A stretch of DNA of 64,000 nucleotides from a virus. Numbering within the stretch: position 1 is the first letter of the stretch; each line of letters opens with the position of its first letter. A model generated the notes under the pieces. The model made no database searches. It saw only the letters and a program-made list of their open reading frames with translations, and was not told the DNA's origin. Below are positions 29,518-38,176 of this stretch, piece by piece. Location of the stretch: positions 31,718 to 95,717 of IMG/VR virus record IMGVR_UViG_3300027835_000143, one strand, 5' to 3'. Position numbers and translations under genes: made by a program.

Positions 29518-30131
29518 AGAGACAGCAAGAAGTACTCGGTAGCGGGAAGATCGACCGCGGCCGGGCCTGTGAGCACGAACACATCATGCCGCGCGCGGTG
29601 CTCGTCCTGCGGCTCGGGATCGCCAGGATGCGCGCGCCGGCCGCGCAGAACATGAATGACGCGGACTTCGCCAGGGCGATCGCGGCGCTGCGGCGCGGCG
29701 CGGCCTACACCATACAGCCGGCGTTCAGCGGGCGGTGGGAAGAAGTGATCGTGAACTGCGGTGGCCGCGCCGCGGTCAGCCTGAGGCTGCCGCTGTCGAG
29801 GCCGGAGCTCGACCAAATCATCATCGGCGTGCCGAACTATATCTGGTCCGTCTTCCACGTCCGCATGTCGCGGTACGGGTTCCGGTGCCGCTGCTGCAGA
29901 CGGTTCATGCGGAGCCGGACTCGAGCCGCCTGGCTCCCGGCAGAGGCGACGGCCGGGATGACGCTCGCGGAGGTGCTCGCACTAGACGGCGGCGATAGGG
30001 ACTCGCTGGCCAGCCGCGCGCGGTGGTGCCTGCCGTGCGCCGCCGACCTGGCCGGATTGGCCGAAGCGGCGGCCGTCGCTGCGCGCTTCTCGCCCAGGCG
30101 CTTGACCGTTGACGTAGCGGCGCCGGATTAG
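29514..30131 (+). CDS. Hypothetical protein with Zn finger
   Basis: ATGA overlap; CRCC..CLPC. Confidence 0.45.
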   Translation: MKRQQEVLGSGKIDRGRACEHEHIMPRAVLVLRLGIARMRAPAAQNMNDADFARAIAALRRGAAYTIQPAFSGRWEEVIVNCGGRAAVSLRLPLSRPELDQIIIGVPNYIWSVFHVRMSRYGFRCRCCRRFMRSRTRAAWLPAEATAGMTLAEVLALDGGDRDSLASRARWCLPCAADLAGLAEAAAVAARFSPRRLTVDVAAPD

Positions 30132-30137
30132 TAGCGT
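30109..30137 (+). promoter_or_regulatory. Putative sigma70 promoter TTGACG-17-TAGCGT
   Basis: Good -35 box, 17-bp spacer, at start of a 700-bp gene-free gap. Confidence 0.45.
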
Positions 30138-30143
30138 CTGAAT

Positions 30144-30835
30144 ACGTAACCTGATTGGCAGACTATACACGCGCGGCCGGGATAGGTTATTCTTGCCGGT
30201 GAAGCTGCGGGTTGGGTTTGGCCGCCCTGACCGTAGACGACGGGTTCACCCGACGGTGTTTCGTTGATCGCACCGAAGGGAATCCGCAGCAGACTTTCGT
30301 CGCAGGATCGACGTCATGAGATTGTTCCTACAGACAATTCACGCCGTGAACCTCCAGCGCACCGTAGGTCTGCACATCCGCAGCTCCTGTTCTCCCGCTC
30401 CGAACGCGGCGGGCTCTAAGTAGGCGTTCCGTCGAGATTCCGCTCTCGGACGCGCGCGGGAACCACGTAGCGCGTGCGCCGGCCAAGTGGCGACCGACCG
30501 GGCGATGACGCCCTGGCGGTCACGCGCCGTTCCGGCTCCGGCTGGGACGGCCGCGGCACTATGGGACAGGGCTCCAGCCCAACGCCACGAGGTAGAGTGC
30601 GGCGCGCGGCGCCGTCGTCGGGTCACCTGCTGGAGGCGCGCCGGTTTGTCGGCGCGGAAAAAGCTGACGCTGCTCGGCATGGGCAGGCGGGGACTACCCG
30701 TCGTCTGCTCGGCCGACGCTGACGCGTCGTCCGGTCACGGTACGCTCTTACGGTTCGTTTCGGACTAGCTGGTTACAAGTACTTCGAGTACAACCTCTCG
30801 GATCAAGTACGTGGACGGGCCGTACTAAGTACGTA
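30144..30835 (+). ncRNA. Candidate structured ncRNA/regulatory leader
   Basis: Cloverleaf 30204-30290 plus a series of GC-rich hairpins; no convincing ORF. Confidence 0.4.
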
Positions 30836-30846
30836 GGAGGAAGGCG

Positions 30847-31155
30847 ATGCAGCACGTGATGGAGGTCCTCGACGCGAGCGGGCACGTCGAGCTGACGTGG
30901 ACGCCAGGGGACGCTGAGAGCGAGGCGACGGCGCGCGCGGAGTTCGATCGGCTGAAGGCCGCCGGGTTCGCGTTCTTCTCGACGCCTGGAGATGACGCGG
31001 AGGAGGTCATGGGCTGGCCGACGCGCGGTCGGCCGCCAGCGTGGACGAAGGCAGGGACGCTTGACGTGCGCACCGAGCCGATCGCGGAGCAGACGACGGA
31101 GTTCCGCCCTTATGCGAGCCGGACGGTCGCCGTCCGGCCGATGCGGGGAGGCTAG
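30847..31155 (+). CDS. Phage hypothetical protein
   Basis: AGGAGG RBS; LD.SG....W.P, C-terminal PMRGG. Confidence 0.65.
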   Translation: MQHVMEVLDASGHVELTWTPGDAESEATARAEFDRLKAAGFAFFSTPGDDAEEVMGWPTRGRPPAWTKAGTLDVRTEPIAEQTTEFRPYASRTVAVRPMRGG

Positions 31156-31157
31156 CG

Positions 31158-31352
31158 ATGGCGAGGAAGGACGCGAAGCGGAACGTGCGCGCGGTCACGA
31201 CGCTCCCGTGGGGCATGTCGGCGCTCGTCGACAGCCTCGTCGGGACGCTCTACGGGCAGACGCGCGCGGAGGTCCTGCGGTTCATGATCGTAAGTTGGGC
31301 GCACGACAACGCGCAGGCCGCGATCCGGCGCGAGACCGGGCAGGTGCGCTGA
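31158..31352 (+). CDS. Ribbon-helix-helix/CopG-like regulator
   Basis: beta strand plus VDSLV...YG.TRAEVLR helix pattern. Confidence 0.55.
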   Translation: MARKDAKRNVRAVTTLPWGMSALVDSLVGTLYGQTRAEVLRFMIVSWAHDNAQAAIRRETGQVR

Positions 31353-31945
31353 TGCCGGACGCCTCGACGCAGCCGCCGGCCTACGGCGACGGTGGCTCCA
31401 CGGCACGGACGCCGGCATGGGAGGAGACGGCTGACCTCGCCGGACGCCTCGCGCGCTCCGAGGTCGCGGCTGATACCTGCGTCGAATGGTGCGACTGGAC
31501 GCCGGCTGCGCGCCGGGAGTGCATCGCGCTCGCGTGCTACGAGATCGGACGGCAACGGGACCGGCGGCCGCAGCGGATGGCGCGGCGCCTATTTAGGTCG
31601 TGGCTGACGCAACGCCAGCGCGACGAGCACCGGCGGCGCGGCTCTGTCGTCGTCCGCGGGTCCGCCGGCGGCACCTACCGCGTCCAGCCGGAGTCTGTCA
31701 GGACGACCGTCCGCGTCGAGCGGCACGGATCGCGGTGGTACGCACGCGGCGCCTGGTACTGCCTGCACCCGGAGGACGTGGACCTCCCGCCAGCCGACCT
31801 CGCGCTCGCGCACCTGCTCCTGCTGACAACCGATGAGCCGGCGTTCCTCGCGGCGGCGAACGCGCACGCGGCCGGCGACCAGATGTGGGACCGCGACTAC
31901 CTGCGGCGCCTGCGTGAGGCACGCGACCGCGAGGCGGCAGCGTGA
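31352..31945 (+). CDS. Phage hypothetical protein
   Basis: V.GS.G..YRV, CLHP....P..D..LA..L.L..DE..FL..AN. Confidence 0.6.
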   Translation: MPDASTQPPAYGDGGSTARTPAWEETADLAGRLARSEVAADTCVEWCDWTPAARRECIALACYEIGRQRDRRPQRMARRLFRSWLTQRQRDEHRRRGSVVVRGSAGGTYRVQPESVRTTVRVERHGSRWYARGAWYCLHPEDVDLPPADLALAHLLLLTTDEPAFLAAANAHAAGDQMWDRDYLRRLREARDREAAA

Positions 31946-32427
31946 GCGTCCCGGACCTCTCGGCGATCAAGGCGCGGCTCCTGCCGAGACTCGACGACCC
32001 GTACTTCACGCGCGCGAACGAGCACGTCGGGAGGGGCTGCGATCACGTGAACGCCGGCATGACGCTCGACCACAAGTCGCGGACGGTCGCCTGCGCGTGC
32101 GGGACCGTCCTCGACCCGTTCGACGCCCTCGTGCTCTACGCGCGGAGCGAGGATCGCCTCGTCTCGACGCTGGGCGAGATGCGGAAGCGGGACGCGCGGC
32201 TGGCCGAAGAGAAGCAGCGCGAGAAGGCCCGGCGCCCGTTCGCGCGCGCGGTCGTCGGCCGAGCGGCGATTAAGGACGAGACGCTGAAGGCGGAGCCGAC
32301 GACCGGCTACGCGCTGACGCTGGAGTGCGGTCACGCGGCGCGGTGCGGCCCGGAGCGCGTGCCGAAGCGCGTCACCTGCCGGACGTGCCAGGCGGCGGGT
32401 CGGGCGGCGGCAAGCCCGGGGCCGTGA
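31942..32427 (+). CDS. Zn-finger hypothetical protein
   Basis: C.H, VAC.CG..LDPFD, LECGH, CRTC. Confidence 0.55.
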   Translation: MSVPDLSAIKARLLPRLDDPYFTRANEHVGRGCDHVNAGMTLDHKSRTVACACGTVLDPFDALVLYARSEDRLVSTLGEMRKRDARLAEEKQREKARRPFARAVVGRAAIKDETLKAEPTTGYALTLECGHAARCGPERVPKRVTCRTCQAAGRAAASPGP

Positions 32428-32430
32428 CTG

Positions 32431-32466
32431 TTTACTGTCCGCGCCGAATGAGCGTATACTGTCCGC
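32431..32466 (+). promoter_or_regulatory. Promoter TTTACT-18-TATACT with overlapping direct repeats, leaderless gene
   Basis: TACTGTCCGC at 32433 and 32457; ATG 7 nt after the -10 box. Confidence 0.5.
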
Positions 32467-32790
32467 ATGACTTCCCCTCACGGGACGTGGCAGCGGTACC
32501 GGCGGGAGTGCCGGTGCCGGCGGTGCCGGGCCGCGTGGGCGGCGTACATCCGCCGCAACCGCACGGCGCACGGCGTGCGTCCGGGTGTGGCCCGGATCGC
32601 GAAGGAGATCGCGCACGTCGAGGCGCAGCTCTCGTCCGGGGACGGCGTCTCGGTCGGCGTCTCGCTGACGCCGCTCGGCGGCCAGCTCCTGCTCGCGGCG
32701 CAGCGGCGGCTCGGCGTCCGGCGGCACGAAGTCGTCGAGGAGCTGCTGCGGCGGTGCGGCCCGGCGCTGATCGAAGGGGCGCCGGCCTAA
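32467..32790 (+). CDS. Putative DNA-binding regulator
   Basis: HGT...Y...CRC..C motif plus RHH-like C-terminus. Confidence 0.55.
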   Translation: MTSPHGTWQRYRRECRCRRCRAAWAAYIRRNRTAHGVRPGVARIAKEIAHVEAQLSSGDGVSVGVSLTPLGGQLLLAAQRRLGVRRHEVVEELLRRCGPALIEGAPA

Positions 32791-32793
32791 GAG

Positions 32794-32832
32794 AAGACAA
32801 AAACGGCCGCGCGGCATCTACCCCGCGCGGCC
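32794..32832 (-). terminator. GC-rich hairpin with A-tract (intrinsic terminator on minus strand)
   Basis: GGCCGCGCGG/CCGCGCGGCC 10-bp stem preceded by CAAAAAC. Confidence 0.45.
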
Positions 32833-32897
32833 ACCAGCAAGACCGGCCGAATGAGGCGGCCGCGCATGGTCACTTCCAATTATACGCAAGGCGTCCG

Positions 32898-33647
32898 ATG
32901 CGGCTCCTGAGCCACCTGCAGTCGCTCGTGACGGAGTACTCGCCGCGCGTCCACGCGAACGGGTTCATTCAGATCGACATCACGCCCGCCGTCCGGCTTC
33001 ACATCTGGGGTGACGCGCGGATCCCGAAGCAGAAGGTGCCGACGCCGATCCACGACCACGCGTTCGCGTTTACGAGCCGCGTGCTCGTCGGAAGCCTAAC
33101 GCAGCGCGAGTACGTTGCCGACCGAGAACTGAGCCTGATCGCGCTTCCGCGAGGAACGCTCGTCTGTCAGCCTGCGTTACCGGCGAACGCGCTGATCTGT
33201 CAGCCGCATCGCGCGCAGATTCGACGCGGCGAGGATACGACGCTCGCGCCGGAAGGACCGGCCGTCATCGTCCTGCCGAGGCGCGCGTTCGACGTCTCGC
33301 CGGAATCCGGCCGCGATACGTATTCGATGGCCGTCGGCGATCTCCATGAGACGGTGCCGACCGAGCCGTCCGTCTCCGTGATCGTGAAGACAGGCGCGTC
33401 GCTCTCGCAGGGTGGACCGTCGCCGCTCATTATGGTGCCGTACGGCCAGACGCCGTCGAACGAGTTCGACCGACACGCGGCGCTGGCCTTCTCCCGTATG
33501 TGGCAGATCGTCGCGGATGCGGTCGCGGTCGATCCGGAGGCCGTCGCGACCGGGATCATGTGGGCGCTCGGTGCGGAGGTACGCGCGCTGTCCGAGCGGC
33601 TCGATGACATCCGGCAGGACGCGCGAGAGAATCGCCTTCATGAATGA
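32898..33647 (+). CDS. Cupin-fold protein
   Basis: HANGF, RLHIW, IHDH..F.S.VL.G, Y.M...DLH. Confidence 0.65.
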   Translation: MRLLSHLQSLVTEYSPRVHANGFIQIDITPAVRLHIWGDARIPKQKVPTPIHDHAFAFTSRVLVGSLTQREYVADRELSLIALPRGTLVCQPALPANALICQPHRAQIRRGEDTTLAPEGPAVIVLPRRAFDVSPESGRDTYSMAVGDLHETVPTEPSVSVIVKTGASLSQGGPSPLIMVPYGQTPSNEFDRHAALAFSRMWQIVADAVAVDPEAVATGIMWALGAEVRALSERLDDIRQDARENRLHE

Positions 33648-33831
33648 CCCGCGCGACGAGGCGCTCGGGATCGGCGAGGCGCGCCAGCCCGCGCGCGACG
33701 CCGTCCCGCCGCGAAAGACGCAGCCGTGCCGCATCTGCGGCGCCGACGCGCAGGTGCAGCTCTGCATCGAGGTCGAGCCGTTCGATGTGTGGTTCTGCCT
33801 CGCGCACGCGCCGTTCGGAAACAGGGTATGA
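33640..33831 (+). CDS. Small Zn-finger protein
   Basis: CRICG...WFC..H. Confidence 0.45.
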   Translation: MNDPRDEALGIGEARQPARDAVPPRKTQPCRICGADAQVQLCIEVEPFDVWFCLAHAPFGNRV

Positions 33832-33907
33832 GGGGGCAGCGCGAGAAGCGGCTCGCACCGAGTCCATTCGGTCCCGTTCGAGCCGGGGCGCCTCCACCAG
33901 ACGCGTC

Positions 33908-33921
33908 GTTAATTGCTTAAC
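33908..33921. promoter_or_regulatory. Operator-like palindrome GTTAA-TTGC-TTAAC
   Basis: Perfect arms, intergenic, upstream of RBS of gene at 33942. Confidence 0.6.
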
Positions 33922-33941
33922 AGGACGGAAAGGAACGACCG

Positions 33942-35249
33942 ATGGCAGAACAGAGCACGGCGCTCGCGGAACGCGGGCAAGTGACGATCGACATCAAGAC
34001 GCTGACCGGAAGCAACATCAAGACGCAGGCGGACCTCGCGGAGCGGATCCTCGCCATGCAGGACCGCGTCTTCCTGCTCTCGCCGATGGGCGCGGCCGGC
34101 GCTATTTCGCCCGGCTACGAGGTGACGCCGCTGCTCGTTCCGATTGACCCGAGCGTCGACACTGAAAGCGGGCGCGGCGCGGACGTCTACTTCCAGGCGA
34201 GCATCCACGCGAAGACGAAGGTGCAACGGCAGGGTGGCGGCTATGACCTTGTGCCGCTAGAGGTCTCGCTGAACCATTACGGCCTGCTGAGGATCCTGAA
34301 CAACTTCGGCGTTAACGTCCGGCCGACGCGGTGGCTACAGGACGGCTCGACGGAACGGTACCTGTTCGTCTGTGAGACGGACGGAGACCTCATCGACTTC
34401 ACCGGCCAGCTCCGGATGCTGCCGACCGGGATCGGGAGCCTCGACGCGCGCGACGGCAGCGCGGACATCGGGGAATGGACGCCTGACGAGTGGGCGCGTC
34501 GCGTCGCGGTCGCGAACCTGCAGCGCGAAAAGACGCCGGTCCCTGACCGGTGGAAGGTGAAGCCGGAGCCGATCAACGGGTGGACCGGCGAGCGCGTGAT
34601 CCAGGTCCGGCGCTACGGCCGGCAGCTGGCGAAGACGAAGTCGCTGAACGGGCTCGCGCGGAAACTCGGCGTCAGGCAGTCCTACACGATCGCGGAGCTG
34701 AAGGCGAAGCCCTTCGTCATCCTGCGCGCGGTCTTCGTGCCGGACATGACGGACCCGCACGTGCGGCACATGGTCACGGCGGCGAACCTCGGCGCGCGCG
34801 ACCTGCTCTATCCAGGTTCGTCAGCGCCGGCTGACGCGACCGCGGAGCTGCCGGTGACGCACGCACCGGGTGAGGTCGGCCGGACGCTCGTCGGCGAGAT
34901 CGTCGCGCCGGAACCGGAGGCGCCGGAACGGATGCAGACGGCGCCTCCGCCGACGGATGCGCATCAGGTCGACTTCGAGGATCCGAAGCCGCAGCAGCCG
35001 GCGCCGGCCGACGACGAGGTCTACGTCGTGACGAAGGTGCTGGCGCAGGGCGACGGCGCGGCCCGGAGATTCTTCGTCGAGACGGACCGGCAGGTCACGC
35101 TCTATACGCCGGACGAGGCGCTGGCGAAGGTGCTGGTGAAGGCGGCGAAGGACAAGGCGCCGCGCCGGGTCGCGACGGAGCGCGTCGTCGTCGCCGGGCA
35201 GGCGTACCGGCAGGTGCTCGAAGTAGCGGCGGCTGACATGAAACTGTAG
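33942..35249 (+). CDS. Hypothetical protein, candidate ssDNA-annealing recombinase
   Basis: Position upstream of SbcCD; A.TKS.N...R..G..Y helix and Pro/acidic linker. Confidence 0.45.
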   Translation: MAEQSTALAERGQVTIDIKTLTGSNIKTQADLAERILAMQDRVFLLSPMGAAGAISPGYEVTPLLVPIDPSVDTESGRGADVYFQASIHAKTKVQRQGGGYDLVPLEVSLNHYGLLRILNNFGVNVRPTRWLQDGSTERYLFVCETDGDLIDFTGQLRMLPTGIGSLDARDGSADIGEWTPDEWARRVAVANLQREKTPVPDRWKVKPEPINGWTGERVIQVRRYGRQLAKTKSLNGLARKLGVRQSYTIAELKAKPFVILRAVFVPDMTDPHVRHMVTAANLGARDLLYPGSSAPADATAELPVTHAPGEVGRTLVGEIVAPEPEAPERMQTAPPPTDAHQVDFEDPKPQQPAPADDEVYVVTKVLAQGDGAARRFFVETDRQVTLYTPDEALAKVLVKAAKDKAPRRVATERVVVAGQAYRQVLEVAAADMKL

Positions 35250-35275
35250 GCGGGCCAGATCCGATCGGAGGATAT

Positions 35276-35917
35276 ATGCAGCCGTATGCGATTAAACGAT
35301 CCGAGACGATCACGTTCCCACCGTTCTCTGGCGTCCGCTGCCTGATGATGCCCTACGTCCAGGGCGATCCGTCGTCGGTGCCGGACGTCTACGCGGCGTA
35401 TCGGCCGATCCTCGCGTCGCTCGTCCTGAAGGCTGGCGACGTCGGCTTCCTGACGATCGACGAATCGATCGCAACGGCCGGAACGCCGCATCGCGGCGCG
35501 CGCGCGCGGTTCGGACGCGCGCTCCATACGGAGGTCGGCCGTGATCCAGCGCGTCGCTACTACTGCTGGGGAGGTCGCGAAGGTGGCGGATGGGGCCGCG
35601 TCCATCGCGTGACGCTCGACGGCGACGTTCGGATCCTGCTCGCGAATAATCTCGGCGAGACCTGCGCGGTCTGGAACTCTGAGCATCCGGAGACGTCGCT
35701 CGACGGCGATATCGGCGACGTGGCGGCTAGCTATCCGTATGACGCTGCGGCGTTCCTCGGCGCCGGAGAGGTCTATGAGATCGGGATCCTGACGCCGCAC
35801 GAGAGCCTTCCGGTCAGCGAGACGGTCGACCGTCAGTTCCTTCGGATCGTCTCATCCGGCGTCCACGGTCGCGAACCGTACTTCACGGAGAATCCGCTCA
35901 TGGAGCGCGCGCTATGA
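35276..35917 (+). CDS. Putative 2OG-Fe(II) oxygenase-like (double-stranded beta-helix) protein
   Basis: LTIDE, LHTE, PHESLP, RQFLRI. Confidence 0.5.
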   Translation: MQPYAIKRSETITFPPFSGVRCLMMPYVQGDPSSVPDVYAAYRPILASLVLKAGDVGFLTIDESIATAGTPHRGARARFGRALHTEVGRDPARRYYCWGGREGGGWGRVHRVTLDGDVRILLANNLGETCAVWNSEHPETSLDGDIGDVAASYPYDAAAFLGAGEVYEIGILTPHESLPVSETVDRQFLRIVSSGVHGREPYFTENPLMERAL

Positions 35918-36273
35918 TCGCGTTCGTTGTCGCGGTACGCGCGCTGCTCGGTCTCGTCTGGCGCGCCGAACGGAACGCCGATCCGTCTCGCGCAGGAACC
36001 TATCCGAACGGCTCGGTGCCGGACGGCGCCGGTCCGGAGTCGACGGCGCTCCGCGCGATACGGTTCGCCTGCGCGTCCGTGAACAACTACCCGCGCCGGT
36101 TTACCGGCTCGTGGTGCATGGGCTACGGCTACGTCTGCGGGCGGTGCCACATGTACGCCGACCCTGTCTCGAAGGAGCACCTGCAGCAGATGTGCGACGC
36201 GCTGAACGCGCTACCGGCAGAGGAGCAGCAGATGGCCGCTGCGCAGACGAGCGGAGGAGGACCGAGCATATGA
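35914..36273 (+). CDS. Hypothetical protein
   Basis: ATGA overlaps; CGRC. Confidence 0.45.
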   Translation: MIAFVVAVRALLGLVWRAERNADPSRAGTYPNGSVPDGAGPESTALRAIRFACASVNNYPRRFTGSWCMGYGYVCGRCHMYADPVSKEHLQQMCDALNALPAEEQQMAAAQTSGGGPSI

Positions 36274-36482
36274 ACGCGAAGGAACTGGCGGCCTACGACC
36301 TCTACGTCTCGGCTGCGATTGGTAGCCCGCTCGTCGCGGCGCAGGCCGGCATCGTCGACGTACGGCCGGATCAGGTCGCGGTGTACGTAGCTGGGTACGC
36401 CGACGCTATCGCGCGCGCGTGCATGGTGAAGCGCAGACGGTTCGGCGCCGGGGCGGTGACGAAACGAAAGGGACGCCAATGA
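36270..36482 (+). CDS. Hypothetical protein
   Basis: GGAGG RBS, ATGA overlaps. Confidence 0.45.
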   Translation: MNAKELAAYDLYVSAAIGSPLVAAQAGIVDVRPDQVAVYVAGYADAIARACMVKRRRFGAGAVTKRKGRQ

Positions 36483-37825
36483 CGACGTCCTACCGCTTCG
36501 TCGCCGTCGGCGACCTACATCTCGTCGCCGGCCCGAGGAACGCGGACCGGCTGGCCGCGCTCGACTACGTGATCGGTGACGCGGCGCTGAACCCGGTCGA
36601 CGCCTGGCTCTGGCCGGGCGACTTGACGCACGTCGGGATGACGATCGAGCTGCGGAACCTGCTCGCCGAGCGGACGATCCGCATGGCGGCGGTCGCACCG
36701 GTCGTCATCGTCCCAGGGAACCACGACCCGGAGGGCGACCTCGACTTCCTCGCACGGCTCAGGACGGTCTGGCCGGTCCACGTCTCGCGGAAGCCGGAGG
36801 TCGTCGACTGCGCGGTCAGGTCGGGACTCCACGTCGACTTCGGGAAGGATGCGGCGTTCGCGCTGTTCTGCCTGCCGTACCCGTCGAAGGGGATGCTCGT
36901 CGCGGCCGGGACGCCGCACGAGGGGATCGTCGCGACGGCCGACCGCGCGCTCGACCTGCTGTTCATGCAGGCCGGCGCGGACCTCGCCGCCGCCAGGGAG
37001 GCCGGTCGGCTAACCGGCGCGATCGGGCACGCGAACATCGCCGGGTCGGTCTCCTCGGTCGGCCAACCGCAGATCGGGCAGGAGATCGAGGTGACGGCGC
37101 AGCACCTCGCGCGTCTCGGGCCATGCTTCAAGGTCTTCAACCACATCCACAAGCACCAGCGCGTCGCGGACGGCGTCTATCCCGGCTCGCTTTGTCGGCT
37201 GGACTGGGGGGAAGTAGAACCGAAAGGGTACCTGGCGATTGAATGCGTGCGCCGCGAAGAGAACGCGGCGCCGGTCGCTCTCGGTGGCGGACTATCCGCG
37301 CATCCACGCATGGCGTGGTGGGGGCACGCGGAGACGTTCGTCGCGGTCCCGGTTGCGCCCATGTACCACGTCGAGGGCCGGCTCTCGCGCGAGGGGTTCG
37401 ACTGGCAGGTGACGAAAGGGCCAGGTGGACCGAAGGATGATCCGCCGCCGGCGCTGATCGATGGCGACGGGCCTGATTGGACCGGCTGTGATGTCCGCGT
37501 CAGGGCGAGCTACCTGCAGTCGGAGCGCGACGTCCTCGTTGACGCGCGCGAATGCGTAAAGCGGACGTTCGCCTGCGCGCGGCGGTTCGAGTTCGAGCCG
37601 GTCGCCGTACTGGAGCGGCCGCTCCGGGCGCCGGAGGTCGTCGCCGCGCGGACGCTCGGCGGGAAGCTGCTGGCGTGGGCGCGGCTGACAGACACGGCGT
37701 GGTCGGAGGAAATCGTGCGCTGCGCCGACCTGCTGCAGCAGACGGAGGACGGCGACGCGGTCGTCGCGGAGGTCGAGGCGCGGCTGGCGCCGCTCGCGGA
37801 CGTAACGGTACTGGAACCGGTATGA
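36479..37825 (+). CDS. sbcD: SbcD/Mre11-like metallophosphoesterase nuclease
   Basis: GDLH, GD, PGNHD, GH, NHIHKHQ, YPGS...DWGE..PKG. Confidence 0.88.
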   Translation: MTTSYRFVAVGDLHLVAGPRNADRLAALDYVIGDAALNPVDAWLWPGDLTHVGMTIELRNLLAERTIRMAAVAPVVIVPGNHDPEGDLDFLARLRTVWPVHVSRKPEVVDCAVRSGLHVDFGKDAAFALFCLPYPSKGMLVAAGTPHEGIVATADRALDLLFMQAGADLAAAREAGRLTGAIGHANIAGSVSSVGQPQIGQEIEVTAQHLARLGPCFKVFNHIHKHQRVADGVYPGSLCRLDWGEVEPKGYLAIECVRREENAAPVALGGGLSAHPRMAWWGHAETFVAVPVAPMYHVEGRLSREGFDWQVTKGPGGPKDDPPPALIDGDGPDWTGCDVRVRASYLQSERDVLVDARECVKRTFACARRFEFEPVAVLERPLRAPEVVAARTLGGKLLAWARLTDTAWSEEIVRCADLLQQTEDGDAVVAEVEARLAPLADVTVLEPV

Positions 37826-37944
37826 CGGTAAAGCTCAGGATCGCCGCGATATATTTATTGCTCGCGATGTGGACATGGCAGTTCTGGGCACTCGTAGCAG
37901 TCGTCGCCTGTTGTGGATGGCTATCCGGATACGATGTCCGCTAA
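37822..37944 (+). CDS. Small membrane peptide
   Basis: ATGA overlap; hydrophobic 40 aa. Confidence 0.3.
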   Translation: MTVKLRIAAIYLLLAMWTWQFWALVAVVACCGWLSGYDVR

Positions 37945-37966
37945 AAAACAGGAAATAGGTACGGTT

Positions 37967-38173
37967 ATGGCGAACAGCGACAAGGGATTCGCGTCGATGG
38001 ACAGGGTGAAGCAGCGCGGGATCGCGAGCAAAGGCGGGAAGGCCGCGCACGAGAAGGGCACCGCGCATCAGTGGACGTCCGAGGAGGCTATCGCCGCCGG
38101 CCGCAAGGGTGGCATGGCGGCACGCAGAAGGAAGCGCGTGTCCGACGCCGTCGACGACGCGCGGGAGGCTTAG
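37967..38173 (+). CDS. KGG-repeat stress-induced protein
   Basis: GFASMD..KQR.IASKGG.AAH.KGTAH.WTSEEA..AGRKGG. Confidence 0.9.
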   Translation: MANSDKGFASMDRVKQRGIASKGGKAAHEKGTAHQWTSEEAIAAGRKGGMAARRRKRVSDAVDDAREA

Positions 38174-38176
38174 GCG

